Below, in pieces: positions 61,801 to 64,000 of a DNA stretch of 64,000 nucleotides (within the stretch, counting starts at the first letter, position 1; each line of letters starts with the position of its first letter). The DNA is from Cyanophora paradoxa CCMP329. Its lineage: Eukaryota; Plantae; Glaucophyta. The translations under genes and the position numbers were made by a program. The notes beneath the pieces were generated by a model, which saw only the letters and a list, made by a program, of their open reading frames with translations, searched no databases and had not been told where the DNA came from. The DNA lies in the NCBI GenBank assembly GCA_004431415.1, contig QPMI01000591.1, positions 35,535 through 99,534 of the forward strand, read 5' to 3'.

Positions 61801-62111
61801 GCTCGCGAATAGCCCTGATATAGCTTCCGCAACTTCATCAATCTCCGTGTTGCTGCTGCTCGCGCAGCCTGCGCCCTCTCAAAATGAGCGGCAACGTCTC
61901 GCCCGTACAGCGGACGCTGAGGCCTTTCTGTCCCTGCAGCCTGAGCAGTGATGCTAGAGAGGATCGGAGTGTGTCAGTGTGGGTCCTGTGTTTGAAAGAG
62001 GCCGCAGTAGCGAGTTCCTATACGTTGCATTAATGTAGCCTCGCTCATACAGCCTCTGTGCAAGCTCGTTGATTTCGGTTCTAAGGCTACTCTTACGGCT
62101 CGGGAGCTCAT
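58754..62111 (-). CDS. Protein-primed family B DNA polymerase with a long N-terminal extension (several apparent frameshifts; start approximate)
   Basis: Exo I ADFETF...HVPYAV, Exo II FFNGSGFD, Exo III YLRADV; polymerase DVVSLYPTAM, KILLNGLYGKFAQ, YTDTDSM, FIGPKVY, RAKGIP; CxxC-H-C Zn motifs upstream. Confidence 0.93.
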
Positions 62112-62533
62112 GTTCGATAATGATACATCAGAAAACTTTTTCGAAATTCAGCGCGCACAATCTCTGATTGATAACTATCATCGCGTTTTCTTTAGGGGTG
62201 TAAATAAAACGTTTCCGATGGCTAGGACAAGCCTGCACTGTGACTCTGGCTTGGAAAGGATAGAGTGAGATAGCTCTCGAGTGCGCTCGATTTCTTGCTC
62301 TCGCCAAGTCAAGAGATCGCTGGACAAAGTTCTCACTTCCAGCCAATCGCAGCTCGAGATCCTTTGCATCTGCTCGAACTCGGCCTGTGATTGGCTAGAG
62401 CCAAAGTGTCTTGACGTTTCGCGAAGTCCAGCTATCGACCTTATTTTTATAGAGCTCGATGGCTCCGGCTGCAGGTTCGAAGTCGAAAAAAAAGCGGCTC
62501 CAAGCCAAAGAGTCCTTTGATTATCCAACTCTA

Positions 62534-63054
62534 TTAATTTAGAGATTCTGGAAATAAGTCGTAGAAACATTCTGTCTGTCTCATTTACATTTTGAATAGC
62601 AAACAGATCACGAGCTTTACGGCTTCTTCTGCACTAGAGAAATACCCAATGTGTTTGTTGTGTCCATTTATTTGGAAACAAGCTCGCCATTTATTCACAG
62701 ACTTGTAATAGCTCACTCCTACAAATCCACTTGAATTATTCTTTTGAAGCACATGATTTAGTTGTTCTGCTGATTGTAGCCAGGCGGAGATTCTCACGCC
62801 TGTTATCCAGTTTATTACAATTATGTATCAATAGAGAACCCTGGATTGACCGATCCTACGATCAACTGGTGCATTGTTGTTTTTGTTTTCTTTCCATTTA
62901 CAAAGATATGAACATTGAGCATAACCATTTCTAAGATTCCAACGTTTCCCATTAATTAGTTCAGCATCAGCTGCTGATATGAAAGACTGTGCTACTATTC
63001 CATTTCGCCCATAAATTGGAATTGCAATCGCTCCATGGGAATTTCGATCTCCAT
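62534..63054 (-). CDS. Second HNH-AP2 endonuclease paralog (frameshifted in this sequence)
   Basis: MEIEIP.GAIAIPIYG..., LDNRRENLRLAT, NNSSGFVGVSYY...WRACFQINGHNKHIGYFSSAEEA; colinear with 56295-56864. Confidence 0.8.
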
Positions 63055-63755
63055 CTGTTAGCCTTCCTGTGCCTTGTTATTCTATACATTCGTGATATCT
63101 TTAAGTCATTCTCGCCGCGGATCGCGGCGTACCCAAAGAGAGCGGACTAGTATCCTGGCCGACCGGTTTCACTCGGGCATTTGATCGGGCAATCGTACCG
63201 GGTCAGTAGGAATATATCACATACGGGTAACATTTGGCGTTATATGCATTCATGGTGCACTTCGATTTACCCGGTCTCCCGAGTCCCGACTCGGCGACTC
63301 CCGCGACTAGAGTCCCGAGTAGTACTAGAGTCAGTCAGACAGTGATACACTACCGTAGTACCTAGTACGCCCTACAGTACGTATCATAGTATCATAGACT
63401 CATAGTCCGACGTCTGTACTAGACTCGAGTAGACTCTATAGATCTCTATAGCTTCTTGAGGTACGCAATGACGGTATTGGTCGCGCTGCAAAGCTGTAGA
63501 CGAAAAAAGAAGGACGGTTGGTCCACTTCACAGCCGGGGCGAACACGAACACGGTCTAATGAAAACTAATTAATGACTTAAATTTTTCATATATATAGAT
63601 GCAAAAGTTTTAAAAAGTTTTAAAATTTAGATGCAAAAGTTTTAAAATAAACGTTCAAGTTTAATTTGAGATAAACTTACACTGCTAAATCTTTTATTTT
63701 TTATTTTCACTCGCAAATTAACGTTTGTTCTAAACAACTATAAAAACTAGCGCTG

Positions 63756-63973
63756 GCTGCGAAGTGAGCTGAACCGACCGTTTTTTTAGTCGTTGAGTTC
63801 ACAGCCATGTCCAATCATCTTCTCACAGCTGTCTGTAAGACCTATTGCTATAATATAATGCTGTAGCTGCAGCCTGCAGCGCTAGCTGCTGCGAAGTGGA
63901 GCTGAACCGACCGTTTTCTTAGTCGTTGAGTTCACAGCCATGTCCAATCATCTTCTCACAGCTGTCTGTAAGA
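63756..63973. repeat. ~85-bp direct repeat, two copies (63756-63840, 63888-63973)
   Basis: GCTGCGAAGTG(G)AGCTGAACCGACCGTTTT...CAGCTGTCTGTAAGA occurs twice. Confidence 0.9.
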
Positions 63974-64000
63974 TCCTGGCACGCGGCACGTGACCGCTGA

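Larger units (their letters stand above)
43200..63450. mobile_element. Endogenous Maverick/Polinton-like virus (~20 kb; boundaries approximate)
   Basis: Abrupt drop in GC, loss of introns and tight gene packing. Co-located pPolB, rve integrase, A32-like ATPase, DJR MCP, pentons and fibres. TIR and TSD were not located. Confidence 0.92.

Noticed and set aside
43200-63450. Bacterial prophage or contaminant
   Set aside because: Despite phage-like fibres and HNH genes, the pPolB + rve integrase + A32 ATPase + DJR MCP set is Polinton-type, and no terminase/portal genes or consistent Shine-Dalgarno sites were evident.

Overview
Eukaryotic DNA from a GC-rich, intron-dense genome (protist/alga-like; species not identifiable from sequence alone). 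Host part (1 to ~43 kb): the 3' end of a GAF-domain gene, local tandem repeats, a ~25-intron signal peptide peptidase SppA gene with many GC-AG introns, an NLR-like NACHT-pentapeptide-WD40 gene and an F-box gene. A 12.56-kb LTR element follows, with two 282-bp LTRs that look identical and a CCAAT target-site duplication but no recognisable gag/pol (LARD-like). Viral part (~43.2 to ~63.4 kb): an AT-richer, intronless, densely coding endogenous Maverick/Polinton-like virus. It encodes a protein-primed PolB with a vOTU-like N-terminus, an rve integrase, an A32-type packaging ATPase, a double-jelly-roll MCP, two penton-like proteins, a patatin lipase, two HNH-AP2 nucleases and a cassette of four phage-like fibre genes. 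Three fibres share an N-terminal anchor but carry different heads, and no adenain-type protease was seen. Nearly every viral frameshift I could reconstruct is a single missing base in a short homopolymer, so the element may be intact. A small branched-hairpin motif (GCC-GAA-GGC core, different outer stems) recurs in the virus, once in-frame inside a fibre gene. Host non-coding DNA shows a strong palindrome-expanding mutational signature. All calls are by-eye motif recognition; no searches were run.
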